A stretch of DNA of 64,000 nucleotides from Antedon mediterranea (GCF_964355755.1 NC_092673.1:17977648-18041647), one strand, 5' to 3'. Shown: positions 49,937-64,000, numbered from the stretch's first letter. Program-made: numbers and translations. Notes: a model not told the origin generated them from the sequence alone.

Positions 49937-52103
49937 AATTACATTTTTTTAAATATAAGAAAAGGTTTAAAATATTTTGTTGCTCCTAATCTATACTTTA
50001 CATGGGTTAATGGAGATAATTTTGACACAATTTGATCTGTATATCACATGACTTTTAAGTTTAACCCAATGTCGTAACTCTTTGTATGGCACTGGCTCTG
50101 CCCATAATTTGTTCGTTTACATTGGTTAATATGAATTATGATATCTTCCTAACACTATCTTTGTTTATATGAAGATAGATAGGTAAACACGATTTATATT
50201 TTCTATTCAATAGGCTAGCATGCAAGACTGATTGGGAAGTCATGTGACGCACAGAAGCAGTGACAATTATAAACACCTTATTATAGTCAAGTAGCGTCTG
50301 TTGATGTAGAGCTGAATAGTCAGACTGATTTACCAGTGGATGGAGGATTGTTTCCAGAGTAGGGTACCAACAAAGTGTGAGTTTTTATATTATTTTAACA
50401 GAATATTTAATTTAACTTTACATAATTGTGTTTTGTTTTATGACAATTACAGAAATAGCAATACTTTGTTTGGAAATGTTGGTTCATGGCAACCCAGTTG
50501 CATCCATTGAAGTGTTTCTCAACTATTTTATTTTTACAGCAAAAATTGCAATACAATTAAATTACAGATTTTAATTCGAAATTCAGAAGCTTAAAAGCTA
50601 ATCTTGGTGAACACTACAAGGGTGATAACTATCTTTTGCTCAAATTCGAAGTTCGACTTCAAAAAGTGCTAGTTCGAGCTACGGGGCTCAAGTAGCTCTC
50701 CCACCCAATTTTGTCGGGGAATATAATATACTGCACATCGTTCACGTTCACTTCGTAGTTTCAGCACCTAGAAAACCGCGACGTTCAATTGACCGTGAGT
50801 ACGTCAGAGGGCTATTATGCACTTTATGCATTCATTATTGCCAGAGACCTAACTACTAAACAAAAGAATGCACTTGTCTGGCCTTTGTACGAATCGTTCG
50901 CGTTACTTTGTGTACTGTGTATCGACATACGCTACAGCAAAAACAAGTTATGTTAATTATTCGTATGTTCACCAATTTTTTAATTTACAATTAACCCTCT
51001 GTACCGTGGGGCACCTAAAATAAATATTTCATACATTAGTAAACAAAAACATGCTATTTTCGCTTAGCCAACAACATCTTATTATAGTTTAGTTATTAAG
51101 TTTTCAATGTCCTGTATGTCATGAACTTCTCACCATACTCAAAGTCCAGATGGTAAGCATACATACACTTGCGAGGTATACTGATTTTCGCGACTGAAAA
51201 TGGTCTATGCTTGCGGACACACAACACCCACCCACCCCAATTAACCACTTTTTTAAGCCTCTAGGCCCGATGTTTTCAAATTATAAGATGCAATTTTTGA
51301 AGACCTGCAGGTCTAGTTTTCAAAATTTTCTTAGGTACTTATAAATTTCATTTCATATTTCGAAGCACAATAAGTGCATTTTCCAGGACCTATAAACAGC
51401 TCTAATTTTCAAAAATGTTCCTGCCTGTGGGTACGTTTTACGTTTGTGTATATTTTCTATGCTACAATATACTCGATAAATATAGGCATATTTTGAACTT
51501 TAAAGGTCACTTCATTCTTAAAATTGAAATGGATTGCCACAGTCATCATTGCGCATCGGTTTTTTGCACGCAGTATTTTATTTAATTATGCATTATGAAA
51601 AATGGAAAAAGTGGCTACCCTAAATCTGATTAAAATGGCCTCAAAAGACGCTAGAACGCGTTACTTCCGGGGGCTTTGCCCTCTAGACCCCCTGGCGGCC
51701 CCCTTGCACCCAGCCTAGAGAGAGATTAAAAACATTTTTGACCAAGTAACTGATATGTTTTTCTGATAATCGCAATTGCCTAGAGGGATGTTTTTGCTGG
51801 TTTTTTTGGGTTTAAAGTATTAAGTGGGCCAAACTGAATGGCAGCCATTTGTTGTGTATTAATTAAAGAAAAGTCATAATTGCCATTTGGGAAAATGATT
51901 CAACAAAACAATGTTTCCAGTTGTTGATTTTTCAATCAATTATTATGAACAAAATAATTTTTTAATATTTAAAGATGAGACCATTGCCAGTTTAATATCA
52001 ACTTGGTGATAAACTTAGATTTTACAATCGCACAATGTACACAATATGCTCTATTTGTTTAATAACAAGTATAAAAGTATAATATGTTGTAATGCTAGCA
52101 CAG

Positions 52104-53843
52104 GAGTCATCTTCATTCAGTAACACCAGCATACAGGTCATCTTCATTCAGTAACACCAGCATACAGGTCATCTACATGCAGTAACACCAGCATACAGAT
52201 CATCTTCATTCAGTAACACCAGCATACAGGTCATCTACATGCAGTAACACCAGCATACAGATCATCTTCATTCAGTAACACCAGCATACAGGTCATCTTC
52301 ATTCAGTAACGCCAACATACAGGTCATCTTCATTCAGTAACACCAGTATACAGGTCATCTTCATGCAGTAACACCAGCATACAGGTCATTTTCATGCAGT
52401 AACACCAGCAAACAGGTCATCTTCATTCAGTAACGCCGGCATACAGGTCATCTTCATTCAGTAACACTGGCATACAGGTCATCTTCATTCAGTAACACTG
52501 GCATACAGGTCATCTTCATTCAGTAACACCGGCATACAGGTCATCTACATTCAGTAACACCAGCATACAGGTCATCTACATTCAGTAACACCAGCATACA
52601 GGTCATCTACATTCAGTAACACCAGCATACAGGTCATCTTCATTCAGTAACACCGGCATACAGGTCATCTTCATTCAGTAACACCGGCATACAGGTCATC
52701 TTCATTCAGTAACACCGGCATACAGGTCATCTTCATTCAGTAACACCGGCATACAGGTCATCTTCATTCAGTAACACTGGCATACAGGTCATCTTCATTC
52801 AGTAACACCAGAATACAGGTTATCTTCATTCAGTAACACCAGCATACAGATCATCTTCATTCAGTAACACCAGCATACAGATCATCTTCATTCAGTAACA
52901 CCAGAATACAGGTTATCTTCATTCAGTAACACCAGCATACAGATCATCTTCATTCAGTAACACCAGCATACAGATCATCTTCATTCAGTAACACCAGCAT
53001 ACAGATCATCTTCATTCAGTAACACCAGCATACAGATCATCTTCATTCAGTAACACCAGCATACAGATCATCTTCATTCAGTAAAACCAGCATACAGATC
53101 ATCTTCATTCAGTAACACCAGCATACAGATCATCTTCATTCAGTAATGCCAGCATACAGATCATCTTCATTCAGTAACACCAAGCATACAGATCATCTTC
53201 ATTCAGTAACACCAGCATACAGATCATCTTCATTCAGTAACACCAGAATACAGGTTATCTTCATTCAGTAACACCAGCATACAGATCATCTTCATTCAAT
53301 AACACCAGCATAAAGATCATCTTCATTCAGTAACACCAGAATACAGGTTATCTTCATTCAGTAACACCAGCATACAGATCATCTTCATTCAGTAACACCA
53401 GCATACAGATCATCTTCATTCAGTAACACCAGCATACAGATCATCTTCATTCAGTAACACCAGCATACAGATCATTTTCATTCAGTAACACCAGCATACA
53501 GATCATCTTCATTCAGTAACACCAGCATACAGATTATCTTCATTCAGTAACACCAGCATACAGATCATCTTCATTCAGTAATGCCAGCATACAGATCATC
53601 TTCATTCAGTAATGCCAGCATACAGGTCATCTTCATTCAGTAACACCAGCATACAGATCATCTTCATTCAGTAAAACCAGCATACAGGTCATCTTCATTC
53701 AGTAATGCCAGCATACAGATCATCTTCATTCAGTAATGCCAGCATACAGGTCATCTTCATTCAGTAACACCAGCATACAGGTCATCTTCATTCAGTAATG
53801 CCAGCATACAGATCATCTTCATTCAGTAATGCCAGCATACAGG
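52104..53843. repeat. 31-bp minisatellite
   Basis: CAGCATACAGRTCATCTTCATTCAGTAACAC, about 56 copies. Confidence 0.97.
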
Positions 53844-53998
53844 TGCAATTGAATTGTCGTAGCCTTTAATGCAAAGGTTTCTGTCTGATGAAATTATCTT
53901 TTACATTTCATATTTTCAGAACAGAATGTGTAGGCTTACTTTTACACTAGAAGCTATCAGTATTAATAATTGTTAAATGAACACACTGTATTTTTTAA

Positions 53999-54006
53999 AT
54001 GGAAAG
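53999..54006 (+). CDS. Putative first coding exon of an ankyrin-repeat gene (ATG GAA AG)
   Basis: ATGGAAAG|GTACGT donor; phase 2 matches the next exon and gives MERNKLEEAL... Confidence 0.45.
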
Positions 54007-54250
54007 GTACGTTTGTTTTTTATTTCAAATCCAACAAAAATAACCAGCTCCAATATGTAACTGTTAAAAACAAATTAAAATGTTTGAATAGTTAGCAATA
54101 CTTTAAAACTTTCTTAAAAGATTATGAAATCATAAATATTACAATTAAAGGGCTCATTCTCATCAAATATAATGATGATATTGATTATTTCCATCAATTG
54201 TTATTTTCATAAAATAGTGTAATAATTCATTATTTCTTACATTTTAACAG

Positions 54251-54344
54251 GAACAAATTAGAAGAAGCTTTGTGGTGGAGTGATTTGCAAACAATTAAAC
54301 AAATCTGTAAGACGCAACCAGATCTTGTGAAATCTATCAATAAG
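54251..54344 (+). CDS. Ankyrin-repeat gene exon (N-terminal capping repeat)
   Basis: TTTTAACAG acceptor, AAG|GTATTT donor; NKLEEALWWSDLQTIKQICKTQPDLVKSINK ends in phase 0 like the downstream exons. Confidence 0.65.
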
Positions 54345-54489
54345 GTATTTAAAACAAGATGTACATTATTTTTATAATATTATCAAAGAAGAAATTTAAT
54401 TAAAGTTTAAAATTATAGAGATTGTAATTTTCTTTATTAGTTATTATAACATATTTTTATATAATGATTTACAATTATTTTGCAATATC

Positions 54490-57400
54490 ACACTAATGAT
54501 GTTGGTATGACCTGCATGCACTGATTAACAACATTAGGCTAAAAATAATAATATAAATACACACTGATGATGGGGATAACCTGCATGTACTGATTAACAA
54601 CATTAGGCTAAAAATAATAATATAAATACACACTGATGATGGGGGTATAACCTGCATGTACTGATTAACAACATTAGGCTAAAAATAATAATATAAATAT
54701 ATATATATATATTATTTTATCTAAGGGGTTGCAAACAATTCAGATTCTGCCGCTGATTGCTAGTGAACAGGGGGAGGGAGAGAAAGAGTTAGAAGAAGTG
54801 AAATAAGCCGTGACGTATAATAAACATCATATAAAATAATAATATAACTAACGAATGCGTATAATATAATAATGTTGTATGTTATAAAGTAAAGTAAATG
54901 CGTTTAATATAATACAATTATATTATAATATAATGTATTTTATTAATAATATAATAGTAAATGTTCATAATATAATGCCAAAACCGAATAATATAGTACA
55001 AAAAGTCAATAATTTGTTACATTTTTCACATAATATGTTAGAAATAGATATAATAATATAATGCTAAAACCAAGTAATATAATGCAAAACGTATAATTCA
55101 TTACAATACAATATATAATATAATAAAAATATGATATAATAATATAATATTTTGAATACTTCAGACAGCTGAGGCTTGCCATAATGGAGGTATAACCTGC
55201 ATGTACTGATTAACCACATTAGGCTAAAAATAATAATATAAATACACACTGATGATGGGGGTATAACCTGCATGCACTGATTAACCACATTAGGCTAAAA
55301 ATAATAATATAAATACACACTGATGATGTAGGTATAACCTGCATGCACTGATTAACCACATTAGGCTAAAAATAATAATATAAATACACACTGATGATGG
55401 AGGTATAACCTGCATGTACTGATTAACCACATTAGGCTAAAAATAATAATATAAATACACACTGATGATGGAGGTATAACCTGCATGTACTGATTAACCA
55501 CATTAGGCTAAAAATAATAATATAAATACACACTGATGATGGAGGTATAACCTGCATGCACTGATTAACCACATTAGGCTAAAAATAATAATATAAATGC
55601 ACACTGATGATGGGTATATAACCTGCATGTACTGATTAACCACATTGCTAAAAATAATAATATAAATACACACTGATGATGGAGGTATAACCTGCATGTA
55701 CTGATTAACAACATTAGGCTAAAAATAATAATATAAATGCACACTGATGATGGGTATATAACCTGCATGTACTGATTAACCACATTGCTAAAAATAATAA
55801 TATAAATACACACTGATGATGGCGGTATAACCTGCATGCACTGATTAACCACATTAGGCTAAAAATAATAATATAAATACACACTGATGATGGAGGGTGT
55901 CACGAAACCTAAGACCACGAAAGCTAAGACCCCCTAAGACCTAAGATCACGAAAGCTAAGACCCAACACCTAAGATTACAAATACTAAGATATACTACAG
56001 CTTAAAAACAATACTTGTTTATCCATGCATAATTTTAAACACAGTAGGTTTCATTTATTACCATAAATATAATTTAATACTACCGCAAAACATAGATAAA
56101 CTCACATTATTTTCGCCCGTTGAGTAAATGTATATTTTTTCTTTACAACAAACAAACTTGACGGGTTGTTTGTTTGTATATATTTACTCCATTGTGTTGG
56201 TTCAGAGGATGTTTTTCTTACGCACCTGCCTTTCTTGTATTTTGACTCCAAATTTGTTGACTAACTTTATCCAGAACACCACACTTTAAAATTAGGACTT
56301 ATAAGTACTTTCAGAAGGAGAAACACATAATAACAAATAAATAAATCCTTTAAATTTATGATTTTACAGATGTGTTTCTTTGTATACTGTAATGTAACTC
56401 CTCGAGCTCCCCATGCTCAATGTTTTTGTTTCTATGGAGCGCCAAAAGAGCAACAATAATAGTACAAGTATAAAAACAGAAAGAAAACGAAACAAAAAAA
56501 CTTATCATGATTTTTAAATTAAAATTTATTTGCCAGTATTTATTTCTTCGTACTTGCATGATTATACTATTATCATTACAATTTTAATTTTACATTGTTC
56601 CATCCACACTGTAGATGGACTCCACAGAGTTTTCAGCCCTCTATATAATTTTTGCTCTTTTGACGTTCCATAGAAACAAAAACATTGAACATGGGGTAGG
56701 CCTACTGTACTGTAGGCTAGTCATTTTGTGTGCGAGAAAAACGTCTGTAAAATCATCAATTAAAAATGTATTTGTTACTTTTTATGTGATTCTTTTTCAT
56801 GAAAGTGCCAATTCTAAGGTGTGGTATTCAGAATAAATGTTGGGAGTTAAAATACAAGGCAGGTGCGAAAGATAAATATTTGTAATCTTAGTTCTTTGGT
56901 CTTAGCTTTCGTGATCTTAGGTCTTAGGGGGTCTTAGCTTTCATGGTCTTAGGTTTCGTGACACCCTGATGATGGAGGTATAACCTGCATGCACTGATTA
57001 ACAACATTAGGCTAAAAATAATAATATAAATACACACTGATGATGGAGGTATAACCTGCATGTACTGATTAACAACATTAGGCTAAAAATAATAATATAA
57101 ATACACACTGATGATGGAGGTATAACCTGCATGCACTGATTAACCACATTAGGCTAAAAATAATAATATAAATACACACTGATGATGGAGGTATAACCTG
57201 CATGCACTGATTAACCACATTAGGCTAAAAATAATATTAATATAAATACACACTGATGATGGAGGTATAACCTGCATGCACTGATTAACCACATTAGGCT
57301 AAAAATAATAATATAAATACACACTGATGATGGGGGTATATAACCTGCATGCACTGATTAACAACATTAGGCTAAAAATAATACTATAAATACACACTGA

Positions 57401-57962
57401 TGATGGAGGTATAACCTGCATGCACTGATTAACCACATTAGGCTAAAAATAATAATATAAATACACACTGATGATGGGGGTATAACCTGCATGTACTGAT
57501 TAACCACATTAGGCTAAAAATAATAATATAAATACACACTGATGATGGAGGTATAACCTGCATGCACTGATTAACCACATTAGGCTAATAATAATAATAA
57601 TATAAATACACACTGATGATGGAGGTATAACCTGCATGCACTGATTAACCACATTATGCTAAAAATAATAATATAAATACACACTGATGATGGAGGTATA
57701 ACCTGCATGCACTGATTAACCACATTAGGCTAAAAATAATAATATAAATACACACTGATGATGGGGGTATAACCTGCATGCACTGATTAACCACATTAGG
57801 CTAAAAATAATAATATAAATACACACTGATGATGGGGGTATAACCTGCATGCACTGATTAACAACATTAGGCTAAAAATAATAATATAAATACACACTGA
57901 TGATGGAGGTATAACCTGCATGCACTGATTAACAACATTAGGCTAAAAATAATAATATAAAT
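54490..57962. repeat. 71-bp intronic minisatellite with interruptions
   Basis: CTGATGATGGAGGTATAACCTGCATGCACTGATTAACCACATTAGGCTAAAAATAATAATATAAATACACA; period 71 (57009, 57080, 57151). Confidence 0.96.
55895..56966. mobile_element. MITE, probably Mutator-like, inserted in the 71-bp satellite
   Basis: TIRs GGGTGTCACGAAACCTAAGACC... / ...GGTCTTAGGTTTCGTGACACCC with CTAAGA subrepeats; 10-bp TSD TGATGATGGA (8 bp if the termini are AGGG/CCCT). Confidence 0.8.
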
Positions 57963-58178
57963 AAATCAAAGCTTAGCAGAATCTAAATGAAGCATACAAG
58001 ACATGATTTTGTGAAAAATGTTACAATTAGAGAAAAAGTAAAGACTTGATTACAATAAACCAAATAAAAAACTAAATAGTTAATATGATTTATGAACTGA
58101 TTTAAAGTGTACAGTTACCTATCAAATAACATAAATCTTTAATTTTCTCAATGAAAAATCTTCATAATAGTAACCTAC

Positions 58179-58465
58179 AATAATAATAATATCCTGGATT
58201 TATATAGCGCCTAATGTTTTGAAACCTCTAAGTGCTGAACATTATTACCCCAGTCATTTTCGTGATCAAACACCTATGGAAACATACTCCCATAATGCAG
58301 CTAGTAATAAGCGCAAAGTTGTGTCTTGATCTAACCGGGTTCCCAATTATACACCTGGGTGGAGAGAGGCAAACGTAAGTAAAGTATCTTGCCTAAGGAT
58401 ACAAGCAATGCGGCGAGAGTTGGATTCGAAACTCGATCTCACGATCAGCAGTCCAACGTCCTTAC
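58179..58465 (-). mobile_element. tRNA-derived SINE
   Basis: Minus strand: tRNA-like head with B-box GTTTCGAATCC, a CCTTAGGCAAG core motif, L2-like tail GGCGCTATATAAAT and an (ATT)n end. Confidence 0.7.
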
Positions 58466-58974
58466 AATGTTGTTAACATTTTTATGACCTTAAAACAAAT
58501 ATAAATTGCTCATTATTACTGTATGTACTTTAAGATAGTGATTGACAATGGTCTAATTAATTATAAATAGGAAATAAAATGGGACACGCTACATTGACTA
58601 TTAATAAAATAACAAATTAAAAAATGTTTATGTTAAAAATAGAATCTGATTTCAATAAAAAAGGATTATTAATTGTTAATAACCTGCTCCCGCCCTTTAC
58701 TTATACTTTACAATAAAATACTTCTGTCAGTCTTATCACATACAGTATGAATATGGCCTTAAAGAGATCCTTTTCCAAACAAACATTTTGCACAAAAGGA
58801 AGAGAAATGTAAATAATGTTTAGTTTAGTAAAAACGTTTGAGCAATGCAATTTCAAAAAGAAATTTAATATGAAATTATTCTTTTCAAACAGTGCCGTAT
58901 CTTATCTTATGACTTTTTGGAAAAAATGATTCTATTAAAGTTGCCAGTTAAAATTTGATATACTGGTAATTAAG

Positions 58975-59397
58975 TGCACACAGATGGTTCTCGAATACAT
59001 AAACTTCGGTAAAGTTCATAAAGTCGCACTGTACACAAAGCAAATAAATACAGATATGATGGAATTTATGTAGTCAAATATAATTGTCATCCTGAGAATT
59101 ACCTTAATTTTGTTTATTGCATGGTATTGTTCACCAAATTCCTGTCTTGGTACATTTGATGATGGAATGGTATCAGGCTTCATGATATGATATTATTTTC
59201 ATTGAGGCAAATGGTTTAACCTAAATTTGTTTTAATCGTTAATATCTAATATCTTAATAGCTTAATTATGATAATGGTTTCATTGGGTGTTAAAAATCAG
59301 TACTGAAAGGAGGTACCAACTTTTCTACCATTGAGTAAAAATTCTAGAAGTTGCACTTAATTTACTGAAATTTCCTATTACCTAAATTTATATATAA
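58975..59397 (-). mobile_element. Old degenerate copy of the 46754 Helitron family
   Basis: Reverse-complement similarity to both ends of 46754-48053 (TATATAAATTTA...TTCTAGAATTTTTACTC; GTATTCGAGAACCATCTGTG). Confidence 0.65.
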
Positions 59398-60568
59398 ATT
59401 CATTAAACTTCTTATTGGCCTCATATTTTGAATGCTGAAAATTTTATGAAATATGTATTTTATTAATGTTCAAATTTTGTGTTTGATATTGTACAGTAAG
59501 TAGATTTAATTACTAATAACTTACATTAAGTAAATAGGCTAACAATCACTAGATCTGATCCATGGTAAGATATAGTGACGTGTCTCGTACAGCATGGGGC
59601 ACCAGTAGCATTGCAAAATAAGGTAATGTACAGGGATTTGCTAGTGTAATAGGCTAACATTCTGTAGATATGCTGTGGTAAACCATTAAATGAGAGAAAA
59701 AAATAAACATACTAACAAAAATCAAACTTGATTAAAACAAACCAAATAAAAATAATAACTAAATAGTTTATATGATTTATGATAACTGATTTAAAGTATA
59801 CAGTTACATATCACATAACATATCTTTAATTTTCTTAACTAACAAAAAAATCTACTTGTAATTTTTTTATATTCAGGTGAATCAGTATAATTTTGTTTAC
59901 ATATTTTTGACTGTAAAAGAAATATAAATTGGTCATATGTAGCTGTAAAGATAACAATGATTGACAATGGTCTAATTAATTGTAAAGATGAAGTAGAATG
60001 GGACAACTACATTGATTAATAATAAAATACGGTAACAAATAAAAAATGCTTATGTCAAAAAAATTAATAGAATCTGATTTTAATAAAAAATAATTATTAA
60101 TTAATTACCTGCTCCCTCCCTTACCTTACAAAAAAATGCTTCTGTAATAGTAATAGGCTAACAATCTTTAGATCTGATCCATGGTAAGATATTCTATTTT
60201 GTTCTCATTTATCAATCATGTCAATTAGGATTATTGACCACATTATTTAGCAGTAATTCTTGCTATGTGGTTTGGGTTGACAAAAAAAACCCCCAATTTC
60301 ACATAATGTCTGTTGTCAGTATTATACACCAGTAACATTGCAAAAGAAGGTAATGTACAGGGATTTGCTAGTGTAATAGGCTAACATTATATAGATATGC
60401 TGTGGTAAACCATTCTATTTTGTTCTACTCATTTATTAATAATGATAATTATGATTATTTATCACAATATTTAGCAGCAATTGTTGTTGTTTGTATTGAC
60501 AAAAAACAAACAATTTCACATAATGTCTGTTGTCAGTATTTATAAACTTCATTATGATTCCTTTCCAG

Positions 60569-60676
60569 GATGGTGACCCTCCATTACATTCATATCTGAA
60601 GAGTGGATATACACCTACCTTAGAAATAGTGACTTGTCTCATTCAGCAGGGGGCACCAGTAGCATTGCAAAATAAG
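60569..60676 (+). CDS. Ankyrin-repeat exon (phase 0-0, 36 aa)
   Basis: TTTCCAG acceptor, AAG|GTAATG donor; DGDPPLHSYLKSGYTPTLEIVTCLIQQGAPVALQNK. Confidence 0.8.
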
Positions 60677-60899
60677 GTAATGTACAGGGATTTGCTGGTG
60701 TAATAGGCTAACATTCTATAGATATGATGTGGTAAACCATTCTATTTTGTTCTACTCATTTATTAATAATGATAATTATGATTATTTACCACAATATTTA
60801 GCAGCAATTGTTGTTGTTTGTATTGACAAAAAAACAAACAATTTTACATAATGTCTGTTGTCAGTATTTATAAACTTCATGATTTTGATTCCTTTCCAG

Positions 60900-61004
60900 G
60901 ATGGTGACACTCCATTACATGTACATCTGAGGAGTCTATACCCTACCTCAGAAATAGTGACGTGTCTCATTCAGCATGGGGCACCAGTAGCATTGCAAAA
61001 TAAG
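60900..61004 (+). CDS. Ankyrin-repeat exon (phase 0-0, 35 aa)
   Basis: TTTCCAG acceptor, AAG|GTAAAT donor; DGDTPLHVHLRSLYPTSEIVTCLIQHGAPVALQNK fits G.TPLH...IV..LL..GA. Confidence 0.85.
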
Positions 61005-61565
61005 GTAAATGTACAGGGATTTGCTAGTGTAATAAGCTAACATTATATAGATCTGCTGAAGTAAACCATTTAATGAGAGAAAAAAGTAAGCACATTAACA
61101 AAAATCAAATTTGATTAAAACAAACCAAATAAAAAAATAACTAAATAGTTATATATGATTTATGATCTGATTTAAAGTTTACAGTTACCTATCATATAAC
61201 ATAAATCTTTAATTTTCTTAATGAACAAAAAAATCTATTTTTTTTTATATATTCAGTTATTAATTAACAATTATTGATAATGGTCTAATTAATTGTAAAT
61301 ATGAAATAAAATGGGACAACTACTAAACAAAAATTAATAGAATCTGATTTTAATAAGAAATGATTATTAATTAATAATGATTATTAATTAATAATGTGCT
61401 CCTTCCCTTATCTTACAAAAAAAATGCTTCTGTCAGTCTATCTAGCTAATTATAAACATGGCCTTAAACTACATCTGGAGATCCTTTTCCAACCTAGGAT
61501 CTTTTTGTGCAAACATTTTTTGATCTTCATCGAGGCAAATGATAAATTTGTTTTGATCGTCAATA

Positions 61566-62500
61566 TTCATTCATTCATTCATTCATTCAGGCTTATCGCC
61601 TGACTTTATTTACTTTAGGCCTCTGGCCCCTAGTAATTAATAAAATAATAATTACATTGAAAAATAAAGCAATTTATGGTCACAAGATAAATGAATTAAT
61701 TAATTTTGTTCTCTAAGCAAAACATATATCTTAACTTATAAGCATGATAAATATATTTAGATAGATTATCAATAATTATTGGATCCTGTGATGAAATTAA
61801 ACGGCAGAATTTAAAAGTATTTGAATTTTCAAATAATAAAGAAGGTATAAATTTTTTCTGATTTCCTTGTAACGAGAGCAAACTGTAACAAAATGATATT
61901 CACCTTCAACTTCATTTATATCACATATTTTACATAACCTATTGTTGCGCTCTATTCTTTTCCATCTTCCCTTTTCTACCTCTAGTTGAAGTGTGCCCAG
62001 TCTTAGTTGACTTAAAGCTCGCTTATATCTAGTATCAAGGGTCTGTAGTAAGTATCCATCTACTCCGAAATTGTTTTTGAACATTTTATAATATCTTAAT
62101 TTTGAAGAAATATTGATGCTTTCATGAAAGGATTGGCGTTCCATATCGGTTAGCCTTTCTTTTATTTTATTAATTATATGAAATTTATCAAGGACATTAT
62201 TTTGTGAAAACCATGTTTCCATGACCAATAGAGCATAACATATGTTTTACATCGCTTACCCAACAATTACTATTATTTTGCGCTTTATGAAGTTGAGATT
62301 TATAACATTTCTTCGCATATCTGTCCTCGTTCATATTTACTAGTCTTACCCAATAACGGATAACATTGAGTACACCTTCGATTGATAAAGAGAATCGTCT
62401 ACATGCTCCTCTAATTGAAACATTTGTGGCTCATTTCCCGACCCCTAAAACATATCTACAGAAATTATTTTGAATATCATTGTAAGTGCCAAATCCAAGC
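61566..62500 (-). mobile_element. 5'-truncated RTE-X-like LINE fragment
   Basis: C-terminal ORF2 motif KLRYY..FK...YL...RALSQLRLG...LEVEKGRW...RLCKIC...VEGEYHF...C..Y (61797-62228); (TGAA)n tail; left ORF frameshifted, 5' boundary approximate. Confidence 0.75.
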
Positions 62501-62531
62501 TAGGTATACTGTGCTTGTGTTCACTGAAGGG

Positions 62532-64000
62532 TGTCAAGTGAACAGGTGACCAACCATATGGGTTATGCTAATGAGGGCATAGCTTGCTTGGGCTGTGGCT
62601 GGCAGTTGGATAGTTAGGCTTGTTGGGTAAGGACCTAGCAAGCACAAAAGGCTTATTTAGAAGCCTAAGCTGGCCTAGCTCTAGAAGTGGTAGATGTACC
62701 AAGGCTTACTTAGAAGCCTAAGCTGGCCTAGCTATAGAAGTGATGTACCAAGGCTTACTTAGAAGCCTAAAGGTGTAGTACAGTAGTAATTGATATAGTG
62801 TATAGCTATAGCTGCACATGTTATCCAGGCATATCTTTGGTAAGCAATTGAGACTTATCTTATTATTATTATAGTTATTTTGAACCAAGAATTATTTATA
62901 TTGTATTGTTTTATCTATGACTTATTTAGATACTTATGTAAGGTCTATTATTATTGTATAGAATTATTTATGTTGTACTGTATGATAGATACCGTATATA
63001 TTATTTGTAATCATTATTTATTTGTTATAGTAAATCGGATCAAGTCGGAGAACAATTAAATTCCGCATTTGCAAGAAACCTGTTTGTGCAGTTATAAAAT
63101 TTACAAAGACATATCCACGATGGCTGAAGCTGCTTCAGAGAAATCAGTTAGAGTAAAACGTAAGACCGAGAAGGGTGCAGAGTATGAAAAGGAATGAAAG
63201 TTGAAAGGAATCAAAGAGTTGTGGCGTCGTGTTAAATTTGTGTCAGAAGCGTTGAAAGCTTCTTTGAATAAGGAAGTTACAAGAGAAAATCTGATTAAGG
63301 TGCATCAAGATTGGTTAATGGTGTATGGTGAATTTATGTTCCTTCATGATGAAATTTGTGGCTTGCTGAACGAGGAAGAGAAAATAATGTATAATGAATG
63401 GTTTGAAGACAAAGATGTGTGGTTGGCAAACTTAAAGGCTAAGGTAGAGGATTGGTTTGCGGTGCTTGAGGTAGAGCAGTCTGCGGCGGTAAATTCTCAT
63501 CGCTCCGCAAGCAGGAAATCAACTAACAGTTCAAAATATTCTAAACGATCACTAAGTGCTTCTGTGATTCAAGAAGAGCAAAAACATGCAGAGTTGCTAG
63601 CCAGGCAGAGGAGTCTCACAGAAAAGCAGAGAATTCAACAGGAAGAGTTCAAACTGAAACAAGAAGAGTTCAAACTCAAACAGTTAAAAGAAGAAAACGC
63701 TTTAAAAGAAGAGATAGACGTCGCCGAAGCAAGATTGAATGTTGCAAGGGATTTCGCAAGCGGAAGTGGTTCTGGTAGCCACAAAAGTACGTCATCAATG
63801 GAAGGGTTTCTAGATAGTGCATACCGACGAAATGTGTTATCGTTTGGTCCAGCGGATCCTGCTACTATTCCTGTATTAGATTTAGACCCATTGGATCCTG
63901 TTGTAGTCCCTGTTGTTCCTGGTGATGTAACACAAGCCTTTGCTCCAGCCGATCATGTTACAATTCCTGTGCTAACGTCAGTTGTTCCTGTGGTAGTACC
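62532..64000 (+). mobile_element. 5' part of a BEL/Pao-like LTR retrotransposon
   Basis: Candidate LTR starting TGT at 62532 (boundary uncertain) followed by a gag-like frame from 63120. Confidence 0.6.
63120..64000 (+). pseudogene. BEL/Pao Gag N-terminus with one premature stop
   Basis: MAEAASEKSVRVKRKTEKGAEYEKE*KL... (TGA at 63195), then open to the window end; Ser/Arg-rich tract and AELLARQRSLTEKQ coiled coil as seen in BEL gag. Confidence 0.6.

Noticed and set aside
58395-58465. tRNA gene
   Set aside because: Degenerate tRNA-like head attached to a SINE body and tail; no complete cloverleaf.

Overview
AT-rich, intron-containing animal (invertebrate-like) genomic DNA made mostly of transposons and minisatellites. 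The main feature is an 18-kb insertion (10321-28355) with Maverick/Polinton hallmarks: (AGT)n termini, a perfect 6-bp target-site duplication (TSD) ACCATG, and decayed integrase and pPolB fragments. Unlike a normal Maverick it is one giant palindrome: about 6.5 kb of one end folded back on itself around a 29-nt loop at 17676-17704, inserted into a 60-bp satellite. Each arm carries a Bcl-2-like ORF and an acidic ORF with SUMO-interacting (SIM)-like motifs. The left arm later received a Helentron-type element, which disrupts its Bcl-2-like copy. The right arm received a Gypsy gag-pol that lacks its 5' LTR. Elsewhere there is a near-full-length CR1/L2-group LINE, a tandem Helentron array with a nested Academ-like element, a Helitron whose empty site is visible in the window, several MITEs, a SINE, an RTE-X fragment, the start of a BEL/Pao element, and 5' exons of a host ankyrin-repeat gene that appears to be expanding by exon duplication. 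All family assignments come from reading motifs by eye; no database search was run.
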